From NCBI GenBank assembly GCA_020444265.1, contig JAHLLH010000013.1, forward strand, positions 13,340 to 77,339: a stretch of DNA of 64,000 nt, read 5' to 3'. The notes below the pieces were generated by a model. The model was not told where the DNA came from and did no database searches. It was given only the letters and a program-made list of their open reading frames with translations. The DNA comes from a bacterium (lineage in GTDB: Bacteria > Electryoneota > Electryoneia > Electryoneales > Electryoneaceae). Made by a program: the position numbers and the translations under genes. This document shows, one piece after another, positions 41,082 through 49,764 of this stretch. How positions within the stretch are numbered: the stretch's first letter is position 1; each line of letters opens with the position of its first letter.

Positions 41082-42908
41082 ATGTCGTTGCTGAGTGAAT
41101 TGACCAAGGACTATTTAAAGGTCCATGTGGCAAAAGAAGATGCTTTCTGGGCAGCGAAAATGGGTCTCTCATCCGCGATCCCTGGCGATGCTGAGAAACG
41201 TGAAATCGCGCTGAAAAACTTCATCTCGGATGCCTCCTGGCTTCCGAAACTGCGTGCCGAGCTCGAGCGGGGCGACCTTGAACATGCCGATCGCACCGCC
41301 CTCGAGGGATGGGTCAAGTTCTTCGAAGCCAATGCGATCGAGAGCGAAGATGCCAAGCAGGTTCAGCGCAAGATCATCGAGATGGAAGGCGTACTGAATC
41401 GAAATCGCCGGACGATGGAACTGGGCTATTTCGATCCCGATTCTGGTGACTTCATCCCGAAATCGGTTCAGATCCTGCACCTGATGCTGCTCTCCGAAGC
41501 GGATGAGCGCAAGCGCAAGGCGGCCTGGGAAGGGCTGCGTTCCATTGAAACCTTCATGCTCGAAAACGATTTCATCGAGATCGTCAAAGAGCGCAACCGT
41601 TTCGCCCGCCTTCAGGGCTATCCTGACTTCTATGCCTGGAAGGTGCAGGTGAGCGAAGGATTCAGCAAGGAACGTCTGTTCGAGCTGCTGGATGAGTTGG
41701 AAGAGAATTCACGGGATGCCTGTAAGGCCGCTATCGACAAAGTGGCGGATGAACACGGCGACAGTGCGGTCAAACCGTGGTCCTTCAAATACACTACATC
41801 CGGCGACCTTACATCTGAGAAGGACCCTTACCTGCGGTTCGATTCCGCGGTAGCGCAGTGGGGACGTACCTTCACCGCCCTCGGCATCCGTTATCGTGGT
41901 GCAACCCTCACCCTCGACCTGCTGGACCGTAAGGGCAAGTACGAGAACGGCTTCATGCATGGTCCTTCCCCCGCATTTGTCGAGGATGGGGAGTTCCGGC
42001 CTGCACGGATCAACTTCACGGCCAACGCCGCCGCTGGGCAAGTTGGCGCGGGCAACCGTGCGCTGAACACCCTCTTCCACGAGGGCGGCCATGCAGCCCA
42101 TTTCTCGAATATCGTGATGCCGGCTCCCTGCTTCGCGCAGGAGTTTGCTCCGACCTCGATTGCCTTCGCGGAAACCCAGTCGATGTTCCTTGACAGCCTG
42201 TGCAGCGATCCTGACTGGCTGGCGAAGTATGCGCTGGATGCCAATGGCAACCCGATGCCGAAGGAACTGGTCCACCGTATCCTCGAAGAAGAGCACACCT
42301 ACATGGCGCGCGAACTGCGCAAGATGATGGTGGTTCCCTACTTCGAACGGGCGATGTATGAGATGAGTGACGAAGAACTGACGCCGGAGAACCTGCTCAA
42401 GACGGCTCGTGCGACCGAAGAGAAGCTGATGTTCATGCCCTCGGACCGTCCCGTCCTCTCCATCCCCCACCTCGCCGAGTCCGAGTCGAGCGCGTACTAC
42501 CATGCCTACGTGCTGGCACAGATGGCAGTTTTCCAGACACGCGACTTCTTCCTGAAACGGGATGGCAAGATCACGGACAATCCGAAGGTGGGCGAGGATC
42601 TGGCGAAGGTCTACTGGCAGCCGGGCAACTCTGTCACCTTCCTCGAGTTGATTGAACGACTGACTGGCGAACCCTTCCGCGCGAAAGCAACGATTGAGCT
42701 GGTTAACAAACCGACCGAAACACTCTTCGCCGATGCGGACAATGCCATTGATCGTGCCCTCGAAGAGGGACCCTATCAGGGTGAAGTCGAACTGGATGCA
42801 AGTATCCGCTTGATTCACGGCGATGAAGTGGTTGCCAACAGTGAAAAGGGCGGTTTTGCAGCAGCCGCTTCTGCTTATGGCAAGTGGATTCGCGCACAGG
42901 CAGACTGA
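41082..42908 (+). CDS. M3 family metallopeptidase
   Basis: LFHEGGHAAHF HExxH, AETQS third ligand, YYHAY, FARLQGYPDFY. Confidence 0.88.
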   Translation: MSLLSELTKDYLKVHVAKEDAFWAAKMGLSSAIPGDAEKREIALKNFISDASWLPKLRAELERGDLEHADRTALEGWVKFFEANAIESEDAKQVQRKIIEMEGVLNRNRRTMELGYFDPDSGDFIPKSVQILHLMLLSEADERKRKAAWEGLRSIETFMLENDFIEIVKERNRFARLQGYPDFYAWKVQVSEGFSKERLFELLDELEENSRDACKAAIDKVADEHGDSAVKPWSFKYTTSGDLTSEKDPYLRFDSAVAQWGRTFTALGIRYRGATLTLDLLDRKGKYENGFMHGPSPAFVEDGEFRPARINFTANAAAGQVGAGNRALNTLFHEGGHAAHFSNIVMPAPCFAQEFAPTSIAFAETQSMFLDSLCSDPDWLAKYALDANGNPMPKELVHRILEEEHTYMARELRKMMVVPYFERAMYEMSDEELTPENLLKTARATEEKLMFMPSDRPVLSIPHLAESESSAYYHAYVLAQMAVFQTRDFFLKRDGKITDNPKVGEDLAKVYWQPGNSVTFLELIERLTGEPFRAKATIELVNKPTETLFADADNAIDRALEEGPYQGEVELDASIRLIHGDEVVANSEKGGFAAAASAYGKWIRAQAD

Positions 42909-42936
42909 TTCTATGCAACACGGTACACACGTGGGT

Positions 42937-42965
42937 GGCCCGGGTCTGATGACCCGGGCTTCTTT
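42937..42965 (+). terminator. Intrinsic terminator of the helicase-peptidase pair
   Basis: GGCCCGGGTC-TGAT-GACCCGGGCT followed by TCTTT. Confidence 0.8.
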
Positions 42966-43065
42966 GTAGGGGCATCTTTGTGGGGATGGATTTGCTTTGT
43001 GCTGGTCACGAGAAAGAATCAAGCGTGGTAAACTGCGCTTACCTCAACTCCCCTACCCGAACAAT

Positions 43066-43716
43066 TTACTCAGTTGGAAGGTCGGCATTGAGGTCGTCTG
43101 CATCGGTATCCCGTCCAAGCTCGGCTCCATCATCATCGATATCGAGAATTTTCAGCGCGGCGGCATAGTCGGCTTCGCGCAGGGTACGCAGCCGAAGCAG
43201 TTTGCGTACCAGGCTGTGCATCCGTTGTACCTGGAGATTCACCCGTTCCATCCGTTCCCGCAGCATCTGGTCGGTGGATCGATCAATCTGAGTCAGGTCG
43301 CTGAAACCCTGGATGATGCCAAGCGGGTTGTTGAACTCGTGGGCAATGGTTGCGGCCAGCTGATTCAGGGTTTGTAAACGTCGCGCCTCAAGCTCCGCCT
43401 CTTTCGCCTGCTCCAGCTGCTGCATCGCCAAGTCCAGCTCGGCGGTGCGTTCGGCGAGAAGTCGTTCCAGCTCTTGTTGATGCTCCAGTTCGACTCGTTC
43501 ACGTGAGCGAACCGCCAGCAAGACTACAGCGATAAGGAGAAGTAAAGCAAGGAGTTGGACCCACCAGATGTGGTAGACTGGCAACTGGGTGGTGGACAAC
43601 GGTTCAAGGTTCGCAAGGGCAAATGCGATGCTGCCAGCGGCGATGATCAGGATCACCAGCAACGCGAAAAGGTCCAGTCCCCTTCCATGCAAACCACTTT
43701 TCCCCGATTTCCCCAC
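43066..43716 (-). CDS. Small 2-TM HisKA-only protein with no HATPase domain
   Basis: Two TM helices with a short loop, ERTAEL coiled coil, AHEFNNPL H-box, ends READYAAALKILDI plus an acidic tail. Confidence 0.85.
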   Translation of the reverse strand: MGKSGKSGLHGRGLDLFALLVILIIAAGSIAFALANLEPLSTTQLPVYHIWWVQLLALLLLIAVVLLAVRSRERVELEHQQELERLLAERTAELDLAMQQLEQAKEAELEARRLQTLNQLAATIAHEFNNPLGIIQGFSDLTQIDRSTDQMLRERMERVNLQVQRMHSLVRKLLRLRTLREADYAAALKILDIDDDGAELGRDTDADDLNADLPTE

Positions 43717-43964
43717 CTGGCTTTCCTTCGCTGGTTGTACTCTCCTTCAGGAAGGTAGCGCGGCAGAAGAACTCATTCCATACGTAGGGTCATGTGGACA
43801 ACAATCGTCCTCCCGACGGCTCGCCTGCGCTTCTGTAAGTTGTTAGTTTGACCTTTTCTTGCATGAGATCGGGGAGTATCTTCCCGCGAGTGCAAGCGGG
43901 ATCCTGATGTCGTCCATCATGACACCTGTTTCCATCCCATACTTCCGAACAGGAGCTTGACATC

Positions 43965-45215
43965 ATGACCAGGCAGGAACAAGCCCTTCTGAAAGCAACC
44001 CGTTCCGTCCTTGATGCGAACGATACGTTACACATCATCCTCCAGATTCTCTCTGCTGGACAGGACCTGCTGCAAGCGGAAGCGGCTTCCCTCTTCCTCG
44101 TGGATACCAGACGTCGGGTGCTGCGCATGGCAGCAGCCACCAATTTGCCTCAAAAGGTTTGGAAAACAATTGAAGTTCCGTTGGGACAGGGAATCAGCGG
44201 CTGGGTCGCCGAGCAAGGTGAATCAGTTCGTGTCACCGATGTATCCAGCGATCCTCGACACTTCTCCGGCGTTGACCGTCAAACCGGATTCAAAACCCGT
44301 GGCTACATGTCAGTACCATTGCTTGTCGGGGAAGAGGTCATCGGCACACTTCAGGTACTGAACCAGACCAGCGGTGGGTCTTTTTCGCGTCAGGACGAGG
44401 AACTGCTGGAAGGGTTTGCAGTCATCGCTGCACTGGCGATTAATAAGCGACTGATGCACAAAGCGGAATTGGAAAAGGAGCGAATGGAAGCCGAGCTGAC
44501 GGTGGCGGAAGCCTTTCAGCGACGTTTGCTACCGGACGATTTCCATGCTCCGGACGGGATTACGGTTCACGGTTACCACCTTGCCGCACGTTCCATGGGC
44601 GGGGATCTCTATGACGGTTTCCCCTCCGGGAAAGATGGATTTACCTTCCTCATCGGAGATGTCAGTGGTAAGGGTCCGGGCGCAGCGATCTGGATGTCCG
44701 GCTTTTCCAGCGCGGTTCGACTTATCGCGCGAGAAGGTCGTGACCCGCTCGCTGAATTGCAGCTTCTCGACCAGCACATGCACCATCTGCTGCCTGCCGA
44801 ATCCTTCCTCACCCTCTTCATCGCACGAATTGAGGACAACGAGCTCCATTATTCGAGCGCGGGTCATAATTCGATGTTGTTGATGCAACCGGATGGCAGC
44901 CATCGCTGGTTGGAGTCAACTGGTTTGCCGATCGGGATGATGCCCGATTTCCCCCGTGAATTGGGGCAGGTTCCCTTCCCTGCAGGCAGCCGTCTCATCC
45001 TCTTCACCGATGGCATTACCGAAGCGGAAAACCCAGCCGGGGACATGTACGAAGAAGATCGTCTTCTGAACATCGTCCAGCGAAACATCGCCCAGCCTGA
45101 TGATATTCTGGTAAACCGTGTGGTTCGTTCGGTGAAACGGTTTTCCAACGGTACTGAACAATCCGATGACATCACCCTGCTGGTCGTCTCAAGCAATGGC
45201 AACCTAGAATCATGA
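43965..45215 (+). CDS. GAF + PP2C/SpoIIE (RsbU-like) serine phosphatase
   Basis: GAF (GQGISGWV...DVSSDPR); MGGDLYD, IGDVSGKG, AGH, FTDGITEA, QSDDITLL; AGGAG RBS. Confidence 0.93.
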   Translation: MTRQEQALLKATRSVLDANDTLHIILQILSAGQDLLQAEAASLFLVDTRRRVLRMAAATNLPQKVWKTIEVPLGQGISGWVAEQGESVRVTDVSSDPRHFSGVDRQTGFKTRGYMSVPLLVGEEVIGTLQVLNQTSGGSFSRQDEELLEGFAVIAALAINKRLMHKAELEKERMEAELTVAEAFQRRLLPDDFHAPDGITVHGYHLAARSMGGDLYDGFPSGKDGFTFLIGDVSGKGPGAAIWMSGFSSAVRLIAREGRDPLAELQLLDQHMHHLLPAESFLTLFIARIEDNELHYSSAGHNSMLLMQPDGSHRWLESTGLPIGMMPDFPRELGQVPFPAGSRLILFTDGITEAENPAGDMYEEDRLLNIVQRNIAQPDDILVNRVVRSVKRFSNGTEQSDDITLLVVSSNGNLES

Positions 45216-45931
45216 ACCAATCCGCATCGGATAAACCCTCTTTGCGAAGCCCTTACGGCGATGCGCCGCAGATGCGCATGGTGTACCGTCACGGCAGCGC
45301 GCTGTTGCGATTGATTTCAAAGCTGTTGTTTCGTTTGAAAATCGTGGGACGGGAGCGTGTGCCACATGAGGGCCGTCTCGTCCTCGCCTGCAACCATCTC
45401 TCCCATCTCGATCCACCGCTGGTTGGCATTTCTATCCCTCGCGAGGTCCATTATGCCGCCAAGATCGGCATTTTTCGTGGGTTGTGGAGCCACTTCTTTC
45501 GCTGGGTAAATGCGGTCCCTGTCCGGCGAAGAGGGTCCGACAAACAAGCGGTACGAGTTCTACTCGAAGCCTTGCACCATGAGCATGCCATCCTCATCTT
45601 TCCTGAAGGGACCAACAGCAAAGATGGTAAGCCGCTACCCGCAAAACCTGGTGTAGGACTACTGGCCATGAAAACCGGCAGTCGCATCCTGCCTGTCCGC
45701 ATCGAGGGCACTCCAACCGGGGCTTGGAAGTGGACAGCGATGCTCAAGCTCATTGTCCACCGCAAAGGAAATGGGGTGACTATTCGCTTTGGCGATCCCT
45801 ACGATCCGTCCCCCATCGCAGCCAAAGCAGGCAGCGACCGGGAAGCGTATCGTGCCATCGCACAGGATGTCATGGGACGGATCGAGCAGCTTGGGGGGAC
45901 AACCAACGGCACCAACCGGGAGGCATCATGA
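45212..45931 (+). CDS. plsC: 1-acyl-sn-glycerol-3-phosphate acyltransferase (PlsC family)
   Basis: CNHLSHLD (HxxxxD) and IFPEGT motifs; ATGA overlaps at both ends. Confidence 0.85.
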   Translation: MNQSASDKPSLRSPYGDAPQMRMVYRHGSALLRLISKLLFRLKIVGRERVPHEGRLVLACNHLSHLDPPLVGISIPREVHYAAKIGIFRGLWSHFFRWVNAVPVRRRGSDKQAVRVLLEALHHEHAILIFPEGTNSKDGKPLPAKPGVGLLAMKTGSRILPVRIEGTPTGAWKWTAMLKLIVHRKGNGVTIRFGDPYDPSPIAAKAGSDREAYRAIAQDVMGRIEQLGGTTNGTNREAS

Positions 45932-46950
45932 GTTCTCCGGATCTCCCCACATCCATTCCACGCATACCGTTTGATTCGATCATCGACAGCAATGGTGAGC
46001 CAATCGAGGCCGGTGCGCACCGTTTCGGAGAAGCGCTTCGCACCATCGGCTTTGTCGTCCTCGCCGATCCACCTTACCGCAGCGACCTGCTTGAAGAAAA
46101 CTACAGTCTGGCACGTGATGTGTTCCGTTTAGGCGACGATCACCTTGCCAAACATTACGCCTACCCGGAAATCGGCTACCAGCGTGGCTACATGCCGACA
46201 CGAGTCGAGCGTGGCTTCCTCTGCGGCGGAGATCCGGACGAAAAAGAGGTGATGTGTTTCGGGTCGTACCACAATGTCCCGGTGGCCGAGTACCAGGACT
46301 ACCTGCCAACCGCCGAAGCCTACTATGCCGCTTGCCAACGGGTCGGCTATTCGCTGGTCAAAGCATTGTCGCTCTATCTCGATCCAGATGGCAACGAACG
46401 TGACTACATGCTTGGCTTGTTTGTCGACAGGGAAGGAGAAGTGGTGGATGACAGCCACATGCGTCACCTGAAATACCCGGGCGACGCCGAGCTGATGGCC
46501 TGCCGTCACACCGACATCAACATCATTACCCTGCTGCCCGCCGCGACGAGGTCCGGCCTGCAGGTGCAGCGCAACGATGGCGAATGGCTACCGCTCAGCC
46601 CGCAAAAGGGGGATTTGATTGTCAACGCGGGCGACATGCTTAACTTCATGAGCGGTGGAAAAATCAAGAGCACACTGCACCAGGTGCTTAACCCCAATCC
46701 TGACCCGGCCAATCCGCGCTTTTCCATGCCCTTTTTCTACCATCCCGACCACAGCCAGGTAGTAAAAGTGCTGGACACCTGCCGCGGCCTGCCAAAGGAA
46801 GGTCGTCGCTTCCCTTACGACGAGAAACTGGGTTATCACCTGCTCTACGAAGTCCTGCACGGCATCCAGCAGATCCCGGAAGAGGTCACAGCAGAAGCCT
46901 ACACGGAAGAGATGAAGCGGTGGCGTGTCGAGGGACTACCCGAGCGATAG
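45928..46950 (+). CDS. 2-oxoglutarate/Fe(II) dioxygenase, isopenicillin N synthase-like family
   Basis: HTDINIITLL (HxD), NAGDML, STLHQV (distal His), RFSMPFF (RxS); GGAGG RBS; start moved to MSSPDL. Confidence 0.92.
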   Translation: MSSPDLPTSIPRIPFDSIIDSNGEPIEAGAHRFGEALRTIGFVVLADPPYRSDLLEENYSLARDVFRLGDDHLAKHYAYPEIGYQRGYMPTRVERGFLCGGDPDEKEVMCFGSYHNVPVAEYQDYLPTAEAYYAACQRVGYSLVKALSLYLDPDGNERDYMLGLFVDREGEVVDDSHMRHLKYPGDAELMACRHTDINIITLLPAATRSGLQVQRNDGEWLPLSPQKGDLIVNAGDMLNFMSGGKIKSTLHQVLNPNPDPANPRFSMPFFYHPDHSQVVKVLDTCRGLPKEGRRFPYDEKLGYHLLYEVLHGIQQIPEEVTAEAYTEEMKRWRVEGLPER

Positions 46951-46962
46951 GCACAAAGTGGC

Positions 46963-47250
46963 CCGGGCAATCTGCGCCTGCCAGGCTGTAGCCTTGGCGA
47001 AGGCTGGTTGCCCGGTATTCTTCACTTTTTGAGAACATGCAGGTCACCCACAGTAAACCCCGGCATCGAGCTGCCGGGGCCAGCCTTGTTGGAACCTGTA
47101 CTCGGTATCTCATTCGTTCCGTCAGGTCCTTAGCGAAGCGGAGACCTGACGGAGTACTCTAGCCTTCCAACCCAGTTGTGTCAGACGCCTACGTCTGACA
47201 CACCATTCGCGCCTCCGGTGCGAAGCTTGGGCATGCTGCCCATGCCACCC
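46963..47250. repeat. Cluster of about six different REP-like hairpins between convergent genes
   Basis: Stems at 46963-47015, 47058-47079, 47118-47153, 47177-47202, 47206-47224 and 47230-47246. Confidence 0.65.
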
Positions 47251-49659
47251 CTACTCGTACCGCAAGGCTTTGATCGGGTTGGTCAGCGAAGCTCGTATCG
47301 CCTGGGTACTGATGGTGACGACAGCGATCAGCAGCGAGATAGCCGTTGCCACAAGAAAGAGCGGAATCCCCAGCTCAATACGGTAGGCAAACCCCTCCAG
47401 CCAGTTGTTCATCACATACCATGCGATGGGCCAGGCGATCACATTCGCGATCAGCACGAGACGCATGAAACGGATGGTCAACAGACGGAAGATCTCCGTC
47501 TCGCTCGCACCCAGTACTTTCCGTATCCCAATCTCCTTTGTCCTCTGTTCCGCCGCGAAGGTGGCGAGGGCAAACAAGCCAAGACAGGCAATAAATATGG
47601 CGAGCGCGGTGAAAGAATTGAACAGGGAGGATAGCTTCAATTCCGTGCGGTACTCCCGGTCGAACAGATCATCGAGGAATTGATAGTTCAGAGGCACCTG
47701 CCCATCAGTAAAATCGTGCCAAATCGACGATAATTCATTCATCGTTGCACGGACACTGTTCGGTTCAAGGCGGAAAAAGAGCCAGACTGGTTCACCTTCA
47801 TAGATTCTCAGGATCAAAGGGCGAATTTCTGTGTGCAGGCTCTGAACATGGAAGTCATGGACCATCCCGATCACGTTCAAGGCCAGCAGACTGTCCATCC
47901 CACCAGACTCATATTGTTCAATCACTCGACCATTCACTTCACGCCACCCCAGCTTCTGCGCGCACGCCTCGTTGATGAGAATCGATGTGCTCGAGTCGGA
48001 CGAGATGGCTGGATCAAACTCGCGCCCCTCACGCAGCTGGATACCCATCATCTCCATGTAGCGATGATCGATGTGCATCACCCCGATCAGTAGTTGGTCC
48101 TCATCGGCCTCACCCGGAATGTGAAAGAGGCTGTTCTGATTGAGATGGTTTGGTAACTGATCGCCGGAGGCAATAGAGAGGACGCTTGGAAGACGGCTCA
48201 TCTCATGTTCGAGGATCTCATGACGTTGCATCAACTCCCAGTTGGGAAGATTGATCGCGAGGACATGGTCTCGGTTATATCCGAGGTCTTTATTCCGCAA
48301 ATAGCTGAGTTGCTGCATCACAACCAACGTGCTGACAATCAGGACGACGGAAATCGCGAACTGGAGAACCACCAACGACGCGCGCAAGCGATTCCCCTTG
48401 CCGCCGCTGACCAACTGCCCGCGCAACACATCCACCGGTTCAAACGTTGAAAGCACGACCGAAGGATAAAAACCAGCAAGCAAACCAATCACCAGGACGG
48501 ACCCGATAACCAGTGGTATCAAGAAGGGATTGGTCAACCATTCGAGGGTCAGATCAAGGCCGAGAAAGCGGTTGAAGCTTGGCAACACCAGGTAGACCAA
48601 CAGCATCGCGAGCAACATTGATGCGGTGGTGGACATCAACGATTCCCCAAGGAACTGGTTCCGTAACTGGGCACGCGATGCTCCCAGTGATTTGGTGATA
48701 CCAACCAGTTTGCCTCGTTTCGTGCTGCGAGCCGTCGTCAGGTTGACATAGTTCAAAACCGCAATCAGCAGGATAAAAATCCCAATGGCTGTAAACTGAA
48801 TCACATAGCTCAGAGACCCGGTTTTTTGCGCCTCGAAGCTGAAATCGGAGGTCAGGTAAATCTTCTCGAGGGGGATCAGGTGAAAGGCAAAGGTCCCCCC
48901 GATCTGCTCGAGGGTTTCTCCGATATGGCGCTGTGCCGAAGCATTCATTGCCTCAACCACCTCATCAGGATCGGTGCCGGGTTGAAGACGCAGGTAGGTG
49001 AGATAGTTGAGGTTGTTCATCCAGTCCTGATCATCCTGGATATTCCTCGAATTCCAGGACATCACCGCCGTGAACCCTTCGAGGTGGGAGGACTGCGACA
49101 CATCATCAAAAACACCTGTGACGGTATAATCACGCGAGCCGTATAGCTTAACTGTCTCCCCGACAGGATCTTCTTCCCCAAAGAGACGATGGACAGCGCT
49201 ACGGGCGAGAACAATACTATTGGGACGTGATAGTGCTGTGGCAGGGTCACCCTGCGCGAGGGTGTAACCGAGGATGTCGAAGAGGGAGGAATCGGCGTAA
49301 ATCGCCAGCGGTTCCACGGATTCCTTGACCCCGGCACGCATCTGTACATCCTGATTGCCAAATTCGATGCGTAGGTACTCTTCTATGCTGTTGATTTCAC
49401 GCTTCAGGTCCACCGGCATCGGCGCCGATGCGAATTGTGCATTGATCTCCTGCGATCCACCGAAACGAGCCTTCGCTCCAATCATGTAGGTTCGATCTGA
49501 GTCGGGATGGAAACGATCATAGCTCAATTCGTGCGTGACATAAAGCGTGATCAGAATTGAGACCGCCATCCCGACCGCAAGGCCGAGCAGGCTGATCAAG
49601 GTCATCAATTTGTTGCTGCGAATGTGACGGAAATAGAAACGTAGCGCCGTCGAACGCAT
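47251..49659 (-). CDS. ABC transporter permease, MacB/FtsX family
   Basis: NYVNLTTARS, LVVLQFAIS, ACLGLFALATFAAEQRTKEIGIRKVLGA, NPIKALRYE; GGAGG RBS before MRSTAL. Confidence 0.93.
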   Translation of the reverse strand: MRSTALRFYFRHIRSNKLMTLISLLGLAVGMAVSILITLYVTHELSYDRFHPDSDRTYMIGAKARFGGSQEINAQFASAPMPVDLKREINSIEEYLRIEFGNQDVQMRAGVKESVEPLAIYADSSLFDILGYTLAQGDPATALSRPNSIVLARSAVHRLFGEEDPVGETVKLYGSRDYTVTGVFDDVSQSSHLEGFTAVMSWNSRNIQDDQDWMNNLNYLTYLRLQPGTDPDEVVEAMNASAQRHIGETLEQIGGTFAFHLIPLEKIYLTSDFSFEAQKTGSLSYVIQFTAIGIFILLIAVLNYVNLTTARSTKRGKLVGITKSLGASRAQLRNQFLGESLMSTTASMLLAMLLVYLVLPSFNRFLGLDLTLEWLTNPFLIPLVIGSVLVIGLLAGFYPSVVLSTFEPVDVLRGQLVSGGKGNRLRASLVVLQFAISVVLIVSTLVVMQQLSYLRNKDLGYNRDHVLAINLPNWELMQRHEILEHEMSRLPSVLSIASGDQLPNHLNQNSLFHIPGEADEDQLLIGVMHIDHRYMEMMGIQLREGREFDPAISSDSSTSILINEACAQKLGWREVNGRVIEQYESGGMDSLLALNVIGMVHDFHVQSLHTEIRPLILRIYEGEPVWLFFRLEPNSVRATMNELSSIWHDFTDGQVPLNYQFLDDLFDREYRTELKLSSLFNSFTALAIFIACLGLFALATFAAEQRTKEIGIRKVLGASETEIFRLLTIRFMRLVLIANVIAWPIAWYVMNNWLEGFAYRIELGIPLFLVATAISLLIAVVTISTQAIRASLTNPIKALRYE

Positions 49660-49764
49660 ACCACCTCCATGCAATGGTTCCGCTGTTGGACTGGAGGTTG
49701 GGTCGAATAGTTACTGTCGTATGTCACGAAACAATTTGTGGAGACACACTCGCCGTCTGGTTCG

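Noticed and set aside
41709-43022. 437-aa antisense ORF, and similar long antisense ORFs at 40024-41172, 56728-57756, 21739-22656 and 35697-36491
   Set aside because: They lie opposite well-supported genes and have no recognisable motifs, as expected for shadow ORFs in GC-rich coding DNA.
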